Notes: generated by a model from the letters alone, not told the origin. A DNA stretch of 64,000 nucleotides from Minisyncoccota bacterium (GCA_031291825.1 JARLIG010000009.1:136058-200057), one strand, 5' to 3'. Counted from the first letter of the stretch, positions 48,923 to 59,552 are shown. A program made the numbers and translations.

Positions 48923-49909
48923 TTAAAAATTTACTACTATTTCTTTTGTGGCCGTATTCACGAGACTGTGAATGTTATCAACCTCGAGGCCTATCTGCGA
49001 TATTCCTGATTTCCCCGATTGTACTTGTAAAGGTAACATATTTTTGGTGTTATCGGGAACAGAAATTGACTGACCGTTGATAGACCAAGCAAAGGTTAAA
49101 AATGGAATTCTAATATCTGCGGGTGATATGAAATATGGTGCTGCGAGAACATTTTCGTCATTTGTTATTGTGGAGCCGTCAGAAAGTGCTTGCTCCCAGA
49201 TTGTTCCAAGATTTGGGTCGTTTTTATAAAATTCTATTTTTGGAGTTACTGTAGCTATGTTTAAACTGGCGGTTGCTGAATTTTGTTGGTCTATTGATGA
49301 TGCCGTGACGCTAACATTGTTTGAATTGTCTAAATAATCACTTGTGTAGGTATAATAATTTTTACCATAACCAGAATTGGATTGGTCGTTGGTATCGTCC
49401 AAACTCCAAGAATAAAGCATATTGTTTGGGTCAATAAAACTAGAACCACTTTTTATTTCTGGTATAGCTACCACTTTTACTTCGCTTTCAGGTGAGGGCA
49501 TGGATTTTCCCTCATAAAATGGTGGCACATAAGAACCGTCTGCCTCCCAAAGCAGTGTCATTATGGCGGGTTTTACTACAATTGTTTCATTTACATCACC
49601 ATCAGACAAGGCCAGAGTGGCAACCACAGTAGTTTGCTGACCCAAAGCTGGGGCTGTTAAAGAAAAAGATTTTTGACCAATTCCCGATAAAGAACTTTTA
49701 CCGTTGATAGACCAAGATATTAAAACACCATTTAAATCATCAACATAACTACTTAAAGTAATTGTTACATTACTGTTGGGAGTTGGATTTTCTGGAGATG
49801 TGGTTACCGATATGTCTGACGGGGAAGAAGCTTTTGCTTTATATGGTAAAATAACTCCCGCTACTGTAACTACTGCTATTAAAGATAATAATATAAACCT
49901 AAATTTCAT
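48923..49909 (-). CDS. Secreted beta-rich conserved hypothetical protein
   Basis: Signal peptide, PENP, LLWEADGSYVPPFYEGK; Ig-like pattern. Confidence 0.6.
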   Translation of the reverse strand: MKFRFILLSLIAVVTVAGVILPYKAKASSPSDISVTTSPENPTPNSNVTITLSSYVDDLNGVLISWSINGKSSLSGIGQKSFSLTAPALGQQTTVVATLALSDGDVNETIVVKPAIMTLLWEADGSYVPPFYEGKSMPSPESEVKVVAIPEIKSGSSFIDPNNMLYSWSLDDTNDQSNSGYGKNYYTYTSDYLDNSNNVSVTASSIDQQNSATASLNIATVTPKIEFYKNDPNLGTIWEQALSDGSTITNDENVLAAPYFISPADIRIPFLTFAWSINGQSISVPDNTKNMLPLQVQSGKSGISQIGLEVDNIHSLVNTATKEIVVNF

Positions 49910-49961
49910 ACTCTAATTATATCATTTGCTAATGCCCAATGCCTAGAGCCCAAGGCCTGTA

Positions 49962-51860
49962 TTATTGTTTTTCCGCTACCTGCCCTGTCGCACCAGCGGT
50001 TTCGGCCGCTTCTTGCTCCTGCTTGGCTTTTTTGTTGGATAATATTTGTGAAGGGTCAGAAGTAATGATTTGGTCTTCCGTATAGGAAGAAATTATTTTT
50101 ATGGCGACATGTTTTAATCCAGCGAAAAAGATTCCTTCTCCCACGTTTGACTCCAAAAGCAAATATTTTTCTTCGTCTGTCAGGTTGAAAGTTTTCTGTA
50201 GAAGGTCAATCGTGGTTGGTGATTGTTTTAATAAAAGTTGAATGGAAGAGTTGGTGATAATAGGCACTCCATATGGAGATTTCATAAAGTCGGCTGCATC
50301 TTGGGTGATTGTAGAAAGACCTAAATAATATTTTCTACCTCTTTTGGCGATGGAATATAAAAAAGATGCGGTGTCTTCGGATTTCATCATCCACCAAGCC
50401 TCATCCACTACAAGCAAACGTTTTTTTAGATTTTTGCGTACCTCAGTCCAAATATAATGCATGATGATATACATTGCGACTGGCTTCAATTCATCTTCCA
50501 TGTCGCGCACGGAAAAGACTACGAATTTTTTATTAATATCAACATTAGATGGTCTATTTAAAAATGTCGCCCAAGAACCCCGGGTGTATTTTACCAACCT
50601 CTGTACCACAGAATCACTTCCATCCATTCCAGAGAGAACCATTTCAAAATCCGAAAGTAGTGGAGGTTCGATATTGGAAAAATCCGAATCAGGCGTGATA
50701 TCTTTCATCGCATAGGTTTCTGAAATCGCTCGGTCCACCATGGAGTCTTCTTCTGGAGTCAGCCCTCCCAACATCAATCGTAAAAGTCCGACCAAATTTA
50801 TGATGTTAGAACGCAAAACATCTTCGGCTGTCTCATCTTCGCGTGGTGCTGGCAAATCAAAAGGATTGATATGGTGGTCAGAAGAAAGAGAAATATTGAA
50901 ATATCTTCCGCCAACGGCTTCTGCTAAAAATTCATATTCTCTCTCTGGGTCGATGACGATGACGTCGGTATCAAACATCAGAGACCTTAGTATTTCCAAT
51001 TTTGTCGCGTAAGATTTTCCCGAACCAGACTTAGCAAAAGTTACAGAGTTATAATTTTCTAATGAGAATCTATCAAAAATAACCATACTAGAATTGTGTC
51101 TATTTATCCCATAAAGTATTCCTTTGTCTGAAGTTAAGTCTGAAGAAATAAATGGGAAAATACTAGAAAGTGGCTCCGAATTTAATTTTTGATGAATTCC
51201 GAGCAGGTCTGTTTCAATTGGGATAACGCTTTTAAAACCTTCTTCTTGTTGAAAAAGCGCTGGTTTTATATAGATAAGTCTGGATTCAAGAATTGATTTT
51301 ATTTCGTTTTCAATTTTAAAAAGTTCCATATCATTGTCTGCGTAGATGGTGATATAGACACCCACATCAAACATCTTTTCTTGTGCTTGTATTAAGTTAT
51401 CACGCAACCCTTCCAAGTCTTGATAAGCAGTATCCAGCATTGGGTCACGTACCATGCCTTTTGTTTCACGTACATTTATCTGACTCTGTACTTCCGCTAC
51501 CTTTTTTTGGAACTGGCGTAACATCAAGGATGTATCTATTGGATGAACAAAAATTGCAATATCAAAAACCTTATCTAGGTTAATGATTGGAGAGAACCAA
51601 TTGTCTGTCAAAAATCTTGGATAAGATATTATGAAAAATGTGCGGGCAATTTTTTCACCCAAATTTATGGATTTCGATTCAATTTTTAAAGCTGACGGCG
51701 CAATGACGTCTTGAAGTTCCAAGTTTGCGGACTCATAAATTTCTTCGGGCATTACTGCCATAGTCGAAGCCCTCGCTTCTCCCCCAGCTGTTTTCTTTTG
51801 CGGTTTAAATAATTTTTTAAAAAATTCCATCATAAAAATTAATTCGTAATTGTTATTCAA
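49962..51860 (-). CDS. VirB4/TraC-like ATPase (start may be 51833)
   Basis: AKSGSGKS, IDPEREY, INPFD, VVDEAW, RKY...ITQ. Confidence 0.9.
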   Translation of the reverse strand: MNNNYELIFMMEFFKKLFKPQKKTAGGEARASTMAVMPEEIYESANLELQDVIAPSALKIESKSINLGEKIARTFFIISYPRFLTDNWFSPIINLDKVFDIAIFVHPIDTSLMLRQFQKKVAEVQSQINVRETKGMVRDPMLDTAYQDLEGLRDNLIQAQEKMFDVGVYITIYADNDMELFKIENEIKSILESRLIYIKPALFQQEEGFKSVIPIETDLLGIHQKLNSEPLSSIFPFISSDLTSDKGILYGINRHNSSMVIFDRFSLENYNSVTFAKSGSGKSYATKLEILRSLMFDTDVIVIDPEREYEFLAEAVGGRYFNISLSSDHHINPFDLPAPREDETAEDVLRSNIINLVGLLRLMLGGLTPEEDSMVDRAISETYAMKDITPDSDFSNIEPPLLSDFEMVLSGMDGSDSVVQRLVKYTRGSWATFLNRPSNVDINKKFVVFSVRDMEDELKPVAMYIIMHYIWTEVRKNLKKRLLVVDEAWWMMKSEDTASFLYSIAKRGRKYYLGLSTITQDAADFMKSPYGVPIITNSSIQLLLKQSPTTIDLLQKTFNLTDEEKYLLLESNVGEGIFFAGLKHVAIKIISSYTEDQIITSDPSQILSNKKAKQEQEAAETAGATGQVAEKQ

Positions 51861-52494
51861 CCTTAATTTTCCCCTCCAACTCCCCTGGGTTGAAAACTTT
51901 ATAGAAAACTTCTACCACTTCTTCTGTTCCCAATTGAGCCGAATTAATTCCACAGCGTCCGAGACCTTGCTGAATCACAGACACTCTTTCTTCTAGCTGT
52001 GACCTTTTTTCTTCAAAATCAACTTGTTGCAAGGCTCGGGCTTCTTCTTTATTTTTTTTCTTGGAAAATATTTTATCAAAAAATCCAGCATCTGATTTTA
52101 AAACAGTGTGGGTGTAAGGTACCACTACAAAAAAACTTTTAGTCATGATACTGACTGTGTCGGTAAAATTTTTAATAAACTCTATGTATTCCTTGGTTTG
52201 CAATTTAAGCAATGGCTCTGTCTGTACTTTTAATCTATTTTCCAAGAGCAGTAAATAGGGTCTGATGTCTAATCTCCTTGATTGGATAGATATTTGGATT
52301 GGAAAATCCAGAGTGTTTAGAAAATTTTGAAATTGCAAAATAGTTGCTCTCTGCTCGTCCGTTGATTTCAGAGAAAGGTTGATTGAATTAGCCAGCACAA
52401 TCGCTCGAAGTTCCTCGTTTTTTAGAACGATGATTCCATCGCGTACTTCTTTGATTGGTATAAATTCTTGTGTTGCTTTTGCGTTTAAGGCCAT
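51853..52494 (-). CDS. VirB4-associated protein (TraC N-terminal-like)
   Basis: IKEVRDGIIVLK, FQNFLNTLDFPIQI; between PrgI-like gene and VirB4. Confidence 0.65.
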   Translation of the reverse strand: MALNAKATQEFIPIKEVRDGIIVLKNEELRAIVLANSINLSLKSTDEQRATILQFQNFLNTLDFPIQISIQSRRLDIRPYLLLLENRLKVQTEPLLKLQTKEYIEFIKNFTDTVSIMTKSFFVVVPYTHTVLKSDAGFFDKIFSKKKNKEEARALQQVDFEEKRSQLEERVSVIQQGLGRCGINSAQLGTEEVVEVFYKVFNPGELEGKIKVE

Positions 52495-52608
52495 AGTGCT
52501 AGTTCATAAAGTTATAAAGTTCGTAAAGTATAAAGTAATTAGGTTTATAAAGTTGAATTAATTTAATTTGCATTGTATTTTCTTGATGTACTTGAAAAAC
52601 TTTTTACT

Positions 52609-53046
52609 TTATAACTGACGTTTTTGATCTTTACTAAGATCTAAAACGTCTAAACTCCAAGCCAAGTCTCTTAATTTGCTCCCACTCAACCTTGCCTCAC
52701 CTTGAGACATCATTTTTATTTTATCTCCTTCGTTTTCCACAGACTGTCCAGCAGTCTTTTTCTTTACGACACTTTTTTTCCAAATATAAAGTCGGTCTTT
52801 TGCAAAAAACTTAAAACCCGATTCTAGAGTAAAAATTAAAGGTTTACCATTTGGACGATAAAAAGTAAGCGCAGCTGAAATTCCAGCCATTATCAATATT
52901 GGTATAGCTCCAACCAATAACCCGAGCCATTTAAATAAAACAAAACATATTCCAGCTCCGCCAGCCAAATAAGCAAACTCCTTAAATGTAAAGGGTCCGA
53001 AAATCTTATCTTCTATGTCTAAAAATTGTGGAACTTTGAATTGCAT
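52609..53046 (-). CDS. PrgI-family membrane protein (start likely ATG 53046)
   Basis: MQFKVPQFLDIEDKIFGPFTFKEF, two TMs. Confidence 0.8.
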   Translation of the reverse strand: MQFKVPQFLDIEDKIFGPFTFKEFAYLAGGAGICFVLFKWLGLLVGAIPILIMAGISAALTFYRPNGKPLIFTLESGFKFFAKDRLYIWKKSVVKKKTAGQSVENEGDKIKMMSQGEARLSGSKLRDLAWSLDVLDLSKDQKRQL

Positions 53047-53126
53047 AAGAGAGGCCTCAGAACTATGAAAAGCCAATTTAATTATAACCTTAAAGCTTTA
53101 TTTTTCATAACCGCCAAGCACCTTTT

Positions 53127-53867
53127 CTATTCTATCGGTAAACGATAAGGGTCTCGGTTTTTTGCATAAGTTGCTGGCGTAGTTGCCCCGCCTGCTTCAG
53201 AAGCAGGGCGAGTTGGTTTTGTGATATTTTCCAAAGAGTGCTCGGTTTTCACTGTAGTCGTTTGTACTGGGACAGACAATTTTTGTGCCAAGATTGATGG
53301 AGCTGGAGGCTGTACCTTGCCGGTGATTTCCAGTTTCTCTAAGGTAGGTAAAACTTCCTCCTTGTTGATTTGAATCGGAGATATAGGTTTAGCACTTCCA
53401 TCCAGAATTTCAATACCGGCGGTGTTTAATATTTGCGCGTTATCTTTTTTTTCCTCTTCACTTTCGTTTGACAGTGGTGTTATAGAAACATTTTGACTAG
53501 AAGGTATTGTTTGTTCTTGTTTCGCAAGACTACTTTTTCTGTCTGTAGCTTTAATCATTTCTTCTTTTATCTTTGCAAAAACCTGCTCATTCATTTCCTT
53601 AACCAAATCATTGGACTGAGTTCTTGAAATCCTCATTCGCTTTTCAAGTTCTTTTGGATAGTCTTCCGGTCTTAATAACCCACAGAGTAATAATTCTGTT
53701 TCAGTTTCCAGGTCGCCGAGTTGTTCAAAACTATATCCCATTTTATCTCGCAACTTCAAAATGGTGCCTTTCCAGTCAACCGCATTAATTGCATTAAGCG
53801 TGTCTTCTGACAATTGAGATTTTGCCTTTTCTATTTTTATTTGCAAGAAATCTATATTTTCATCCAT
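53127..53867 (-). CDS. Hypothetical protein, paralog of 53882-54361
   Basis: Shared N-terminal helical domain (W...LETETELLLCGL); ends DPYRLPIE. Confidence 0.6.
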   Translation of the reverse strand: MDENIDFLQIKIEKAKSQLSEDTLNAINAVDWKGTILKLRDKMGYSFEQLGDLETETELLLCGLLRPEDYPKELEKRMRISRTQSNDLVKEMNEQVFAKIKEEMIKATDRKSSLAKQEQTIPSSQNVSITPLSNESEEEKKDNAQILNTAGIEILDGSAKPISPIQINKEEVLPTLEKLEITGKVQPPAPSILAQKLSVPVQTTTVKTEHSLENITKPTRPASEAGGATTPATYAKNRDPYRLPIE

Positions 53868-53881
53868 ACTTTTATTAAAGA

Positions 53882-54361
53882 TTACTTCTTAAAATTTTCT
53901 TCTTTCAGAGAAAAGACCGGGACCACTGGTTCTTCCTCTTCAACTGTTTCTTCTCTTGGTTCCAGAAAAGCGGAATAATCTCCGCCGGAGAGAACAAAAT
54001 TAATATTTTCCTCGGGTTTTGAATTTTTTATCTTGTCGCTTTGTTTAACTTTGTCTATCAGCAGGTCATTTATTGGTATAAATATTTTTTGAGTAATTTC
54101 TCCAGAGATTTTTTCCGCTTCATTCTTACTGGTGCCAACTTCAGACTCAATGTTGTCTATATATGAATCAATGTCTTCAATACCAGTTAAAATCAGAAGT
54201 GTTTCTACTTGAAGATTATTTATGTCATCTTTAGATAGTAAATATTTTTTACCGATTTCTTCCGTAAGTTTTACCCAGTCAAAAGAAGTCAAAACATCTT
54301 GTGTTTCCTTTGGTAGTTTTTCAATCTCTTTTTTAATTGTTGTTTTTAATTCATCTGTCAT
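53882..54361 (-). CDS. Hypothetical protein, paralog of 53127-53867
   Basis: LPKETQD...DW...LQVETLLILTG. Confidence 0.6.
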   Translation of the reverse strand: MTDELKTTIKKEIEKLPKETQDVLTSFDWVKLTEEIGKKYLLSKDDINNLQVETLLILTGIEDIDSYIDNIESEVGTSKNEAEKISGEITQKIFIPINDLLIDKVKQSDKIKNSKPEENINFVLSGGDYSAFLEPREETVEEEEPVVPVFSLKEENFKK

Positions 54362-54366
54362 AAATT

Positions 54367-56778
54367 TTAATGTCCCCCTCCATGTCCTCCTGCATCATGT
54401 CCACCTCCTCCACCATGGTCATCTTTTGCCGGTGCGGCGTGGGCATCTGGAGTTGGAGCATGTGCTACCGGCGCATGACTAGCAGCTTGACTAGCAGCTG
54501 CTGGTTTGGGTGCGGGGGTGTGTCCTCCTCCACTACCTCCTCCACCATGACCACTGTCTCCACCTCCGTGTCCTCCACCATGTTCTATTTTGGCATCGGT
54601 TCTAATCTTAAAGGCAGCTTCCCTGGCACCTCTGAAGCTGTGCTGTCCCATACTAAAGATAAAGTCTTTTGTTTGCGTTAATCCGCTTTCTACTGTGTGA
54701 GCATAAACGTGCTTTCTTCTTATATTTTCCATTTTTATTGCTCGAGCCGCATCTCTTTTCTGTTCTTCTAAGCCCTCAATACTTATACCAGTTCCTTTCT
54801 GTATTGCTGTGTTTCCAACACTGTCTGTAACCATGTAATCTGCACCCGATCTGAATTCTTTTTTACTTCGCTTCGCAAAATCATAATCACGGTTTGCTTG
54901 TGCTAGTTCTTCTCTTGCTGCTCCTTCTCCATCAGTACCCTTGGCGGCATTTAGTTTGTTGTTTGCAACACTCACTTCTTCTTTTTTCTTTTCAATTGCC
55001 TTATCAAGTTTTTCCATTACTTCTGAATTTTCACTTAGCAAGTCGTGCAAATCCGTTTCTGTTTTGTTTAAGTTCTGCTTTAATGTTTCGTCTTCTCCAA
55101 CCTCTATGCTCTTTGCTCTCTCTTGTCTCTTTGCTATTTGTTCTTTTCTTCTCTCTGTAAAGCCACCTTTTTGTGCTGTGCCCAAATTCAAACCAGTTGC
55201 GGATGCCAAAGTCTTTCCACCAATCTTTGCTGCACGTACATCAAAGCTTGCAGAACCGGCAGCCCCAGTTATTTTTCTAAATGCCTCACCTCCCCATCCT
55301 TTAGCTTCCCATTTCTTCGCAAAACCAGATTCAGAGATAGCTGCACCAGCTCGTCCGACAGTCGCTCGGCTTACAGCGGCCGCTCCACCCAAAGCTACTG
55401 TTGATGCTCCGCTTGTTGCAGCACCTAACGCAAGTCCACCCACAGCCTTGGCTGCCCCAATTGCCATTTCGCCAAGCTTGCCTGAACCATCGAGGGCAAA
55501 CTTTGTCGCTTTGAGAAGTAAAATCACAACAATCAATTCTGGAATTAAAATGGAAAGTAAGGTCACCATTATGCTTGAAGGATTTGGCGTGAGCAGGCTG
55601 CCAAACATATTTGAATGGACCAAGAGGAATATGAAATACATAAAGAACATAAAAATCGGCGCCATGAATGATGTCTTGAGCAAGCGCTTAAGCCACGCAT
55701 CCCAGCCGATATATTCAATATGTTCCAATACGGGCGTAGTGAAAGACATAAATGCAAAAGGCGAAAAGATGATCAAAATAAAGAGTTCAATCATACGGCT
55801 GATTAAACTAAACCCAGCCACAAAAAATGCATAGCAGGCAATCTCCATCAGCGTTCCAGCCAATATCATTATCCCAATTACTGTTCCAGCAGATGGCGGC
55901 TGCGGTTGTGGGGCTGGTTGCCCCACCACACCGATTGCTCCAGCATCACCAAAGAATGTCGGACTCAAAAGTGTCATTGGGTTAAAAGCATTAACTAACC
56001 CTCCAGCGATATCTCTTTCTCCGGCAACGCTTTCATAAGGTCTTGGGCTGCCATCTGCGTTCAAAGTAGTCACACTCATTTTATTATAAAAAATCAAAGC
56101 TAAAATATTTGAAGAATCAATCACCACTTCCGTGAAAAACATCGAGAAATTTATCAACAAGGCAATGATGATAACCTTTCCTATCATCTGCTTTGTGTCG
56201 TGTCCGCCAATACCTAAAATTAATCTGACAGCTATATAAAGCAAAATCAGAATGAAAAAGATATTAGAAAGGTCACGAACGACTGCCCAAGCTGTTGGCA
56301 AAAAAGTAGAGCCAGAATATATATTGCTGTAGAGAGTGATTGATGCTACGAAGTTGAAAAAGTAAGCGATGCAGAAAAGCAATAAACCTGGAAATGTAAT
56401 GAAAAGCCAATTACCAATTGCCAAACCGCAACCTGGCCAAATGGTAGCCTTGCTATTATCCGTAGTAATGCCCAATATGCCTATTCCACAACTGTTATTT
56501 GCAAGAAAATCGTTAAGGTCTTTACCTGGATTTGTTAAATTTGTTGATTGTTGCTGTAGCGTTGCATACGCGTTTGCCATAGTTTGTGTCGTAAACCATT
56601 GTCCGTGAATGGTGTTGCAATCCGTAAATGTATCAGCGCTTACTGTGTTTGTTGGAGAAACACACCATCCATTTTGTGTTTGCGCCTTAGCTTGTCTTGT
56701 CGGTATCAAGCCAAAAACTCCGACTAAAAAAATCAGTGCTAGGAGGTACGGGGTTATTTTTTTAATTTTTAAATTCAT
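54367..56778 (-). CDS. VirB6/TrbL-like polytopic membrane protein with coiled coil and His/Gly tail
   Basis: WAVVRDLSNIFFI..LINFSMF..IIFSPFAF pattern; in VirB4 cluster. Confidence 0.7.
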   Translation of the reverse strand: MNLKIKKITPYLLALIFLVGVFGLIPTRQAKAQTQNGWCVSPTNTVSADTFTDCNTIHGQWFTTQTMANAYATLQQQSTNLTNPGKDLNDFLANNSCGIGILGITTDNSKATIWPGCGLAIGNWLFITFPGLLLFCIAYFFNFVASITLYSNIYSGSTFLPTAWAVVRDLSNIFFILILLYIAVRLILGIGGHDTKQMIGKVIIIALLINFSMFFTEVVIDSSNILALIFYNKMSVTTLNADGSPRPYESVAGERDIAGGLVNAFNPMTLLSPTFFGDAGAIGVVGQPAPQPQPPSAGTVIGIMILAGTLMEIACYAFFVAGFSLISRMIELFILIIFSPFAFMSFTTPVLEHIEYIGWDAWLKRLLKTSFMAPIFMFFMYFIFLLVHSNMFGSLLTPNPSSIMVTLLSILIPELIVVILLLKATKFALDGSGKLGEMAIGAAKAVGGLALGAATSGASTVALGGAAAVSRATVGRAGAAISESGFAKKWEAKGWGGEAFRKITGAAGSASFDVRAAKIGGKTLASATGLNLGTAQKGGFTERRKEQIAKRQERAKSIEVGEDETLKQNLNKTETDLHDLLSENSEVMEKLDKAIEKKKEEVSVANNKLNAAKGTDGEGAAREELAQANRDYDFAKRSKKEFRSGADYMVTDSVGNTAIQKGTGISIEGLEEQKRDAARAIKMENIRRKHVYAHTVESGLTQTKDFIFSMGQHSFRGAREAAFKIRTDAKIEHGGGHGGGDSGHGGGGSGGGHTPAPKPAAASQAASHAPVAHAPTPDAHAAPAKDDHGGGGGHDAGGHGGGH

Positions 56779-56810
56779 TATTTTTCTTTCGCGAAAACCT
56801 TACTGTATTT

Positions 56811-59552
56811 TTAATTTGCCGTCCAGATCGTGCCAGTTCCTTCACAAGAAGATTGTGGTACATTGTCTCTAACAACAACGCAGGCTCCATTTGTCCAATT
56901 TCCATTAATAGTAGAACAAGCACTTTCTGGCACTCCGTTTATGGTCATCGAACAGGTTCCTAGCTGGCTAGAGGTTGAAGATACGGTAATAGTTGATGTG
57001 ACAGTTTGATGAACCGGTGTCGATGAATCCTGAACTGTAAAAGGAGTAGAACCTTGTGAGTTTCCAGTGATTGTAATATTCGAGCCAGAAAGCGCGACAC
57101 TTGCGACTGTTCCATTTGGCCATGTGGATATGCTATATGGCACTGTGCCACCAGTGATGGTTATTGTCTGGGAATTATTAATTGACTCAGAAATATTTTG
57201 GGGAATAGTTAGAGAATTTGATGTCGGATTACTGGGAGTAGTGCCATTTCCTGTCACAGTTATGTTGAGTGAGTCAGTATCGTTAGATTGATCTTGCACT
57301 ATCATTGATGTGGTTCCCGATGCCACTCCTGTGAGAGAAAGAGTATTTCCGTAAATTTGAGCAATCGCGACCGCAGAACTCGGTTCTGTTTTTATACTAT
57401 ATAGTGCCGCTGAACTTGTGTTGCTTGTATTTACTTTTCCATTAACAAGGGTCAGGTTGGTTGTTCCGCTTGCAGTTAAAGACACATTCTGGGTTTGTGG
57501 GTTGCTGAAATCAATTATTGAAGACTTGGTCGCACCGACTGTGATTGGAACATTAATAGTTTGCTCCGGAGAGAATGAATCCTGAATAGTCACTGATGTT
57601 GTTCCAGCTGTGGATCCGATAACAGTAAGAGTGTTGCCAGAAACCAACGCTGATGCTATGGATGAATTTGATGGTGTTATTATGGCGAAAGGAGGTGTGC
57701 CACCAGAAATAGTTACATTTGTTGTACTTCCTATATTCGCAGAAACAGCTGGAACAGAAAGTGAAGACTCACTACCAATTACAATTTGCAAAGTAATAGT
57801 ATTAGCTGGAGTTGAAGAATCTTGAAGAATAATTGAAGTATTTCCAGGCGCGACACCGATAATTGTAAGAACATTATCGGAAATAAGTCCCAACGCAATA
57901 GTTGAATCTGGTTCGGATTGTATACTATAAGGAGCCGTACCATTTGATATAGTTATGTTTGTTGAGCTTCCGACGCCGGCAGAAATTTTTTGTAAGGCGG
58001 TTGGGTTATTGAAATCAACAATTAAACTGGTTGTCACTTGCACCGTAGCTGTTTGGGCTGGAGTTCCGGAATCTGTAACTACGAATGATGTTTGACCTCC
58101 GGCAACACCCGTGACAGATAGATTGGTTCCAGAAATATTAGCTGTTGCTACGGATGAACCAGGTGGTGTTTGTATTGTATAAGGTGCTGTGCCCCCAGAA
58201 ATGATTGTTGAAGTTGTGTTGCCAGGTTTGACTAGGACACTTGTCGGGACGACTAATGGATTTGTTGTACCACCACCACCTGCGCCGTTTAAAGTTTGTC
58301 CTGCATAACTCCAACTATCTGGTGAAGGGATAGACTGGACTGTTTGTGAAAGTGCGCTTAAACCTTGTTGCAAGAAATGATTTATGAAAGCATTTAAAAT
58401 AGCAGAAATACTGTTTCCAAGGGCTGCATCTAGTTGGGCTGAGCCAGTTTTTAAATTTAGAGCACTCGTTATTTGATTTGCCACAACTGCGCCCGGAGTG
58501 GTTGTAACTAAACCACTTGTGCCGTTAGGTTTTATACATTGATTTGTTTCAGCCCATGTGTCTTGGGCTTCACTATACAAAATGTCATAATCTTTTTGTG
58601 TTTGTGCTTCACAGGTTGCGTTAATGCCGGTAGGGCAATCTGCTGCTTCGGTTTGGTTCCAGATGCTACCGTCAGTATCAAAAGTAAAAGTTGGTTTATG
58701 CCACTCGTCGGCACTATTGTTGTAGCTTGGGTTTACGCTTGCGGGGCAAACTTGTGGAGACAAAAATCCCATTCCTTGCTGAAGCGTCGAAGTCACTTTT
58801 TGTGCATCATTCTGCGTGGTTCCTGCAAGTTGTGAAGCCAAGTTTTGACTTGCAAGCATGCTGTATCCTGGATAATTATTTTGTGGATACTGAGTATTTA
58901 AAAAGAAAGCATTCCATCCGCCAGCGTTAAAATTATTTTGATAACTTTGCACTAAAGCTGGGTCATTAGTTATCTGACTGTAACTGGATTGCATGTCAGC
59001 ATTGCCTGCTTGTTTATACATATTTATTACCTGCAAATCCCAAGCCTTACCGAAAGGAAACTGAACCGAATTATATCCAGTCTGATTTATTATATTTTTT
59101 ATTTCAAATTGACCGATGTCTCCAAAGAATTGGCTTGGATTTTGTACGAAAAGTGGAGAGCCAGAAAAACCAGAATTAATCCAATTGACTGTACTTTGGG
59201 TTATAGAATCTAGCAATTTATGCTCAATAACAATAATAGCTTGTCTTAAAACCTCTTTAGCTGCAGCCTCTATTTTCATTGCAAGACTTATGTGTGTGTC
59301 TACTGCTGTAGACGCGGTTGCGGGTGCTACAACACCTGCAGTTGTCCCCGATGTGACAGTATTTTCGCCAAGATCTGCTGAGTTTTCGCCAAGATCTGCA
59401 TAATTAAATCCTTCATCTAAAAATTCAGGAAAGTCGCCATTGTAGTCATTAGCCTTTGCTTTTTTAGGGACAGAAAGTAAAACAACTGGCGTTATTATTA
59501 GAATAATAACAATAGAAGAAATTAATTTTACTATATATTTTTTTCCTATCAT
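56811..59552 (-). CDS. Large secreted protein with tandem Ig-like repeats
   Basis: Signal peptide; about five repeats, most containing I(S/T)(G/N)GT.P(Y/F).I; Cys-containing tail. Confidence 0.7.
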   Translation of the reverse strand: MIGKKYIVKLISSIVIILIITPVVLLSVPKKAKANDYNGDFPEFLDEGFNYADLGENSADLGENTVTSGTTAGVVAPATASTAVDTHISLAMKIEAAAKEVLRQAIIVIEHKLLDSITQSTVNWINSGFSGSPLFVQNPSQFFGDIGQFEIKNIINQTGYNSVQFPFGKAWDLQVINMYKQAGNADMQSSYSQITNDPALVQSYQNNFNAGGWNAFFLNTQYPQNNYPGYSMLASQNLASQLAGTTQNDAQKVTSTLQQGMGFLSPQVCPASVNPSYNNSADEWHKPTFTFDTDGSIWNQTEAADCPTGINATCEAQTQKDYDILYSEAQDTWAETNQCIKPNGTSGLVTTTPGAVVANQITSALNLKTGSAQLDAALGNSISAILNAFINHFLQQGLSALSQTVQSIPSPDSWSYAGQTLNGAGGGGTTNPLVVPTSVLVKPGNTTSTIISGGTAPYTIQTPPGSSVATANISGTNLSVTGVAGGQTSFVVTDSGTPAQTATVQVTTSLIVDFNNPTALQKISAGVGSSTNITISNGTAPYSIQSEPDSTIALGLISDNVLTIIGVAPGNTSIILQDSSTPANTITLQIVIGSESSLSVPAVSANIGSTTNVTISGGTPPFAIITPSNSSIASALVSGNTLTVIGSTAGTTSVTIQDSFSPEQTINVPITVGATKSSIIDFSNPQTQNVSLTASGTTNLTLVNGKVNTSNTSSAALYSIKTEPSSAVAIAQIYGNTLSLTGVASGTTSMIVQDQSNDTDSLNITVTGNGTTPSNPTSNSLTIPQNISESINNSQTITITGGTVPYSISTWPNGTVASVALSGSNITITGNSQGSTPFTVQDSSTPVHQTVTSTITVSSTSSQLGTCSMTINGVPESACSTINGNWTNGACVVVRDNVPQSSCEGTGTIWTAN

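Noticed and set aside
54941-55834. 297-aa plus-strand ORF
   Set aside because: Antisense shadow of the Ala/Gly/Lys-rich part of the VirB6-like gene.
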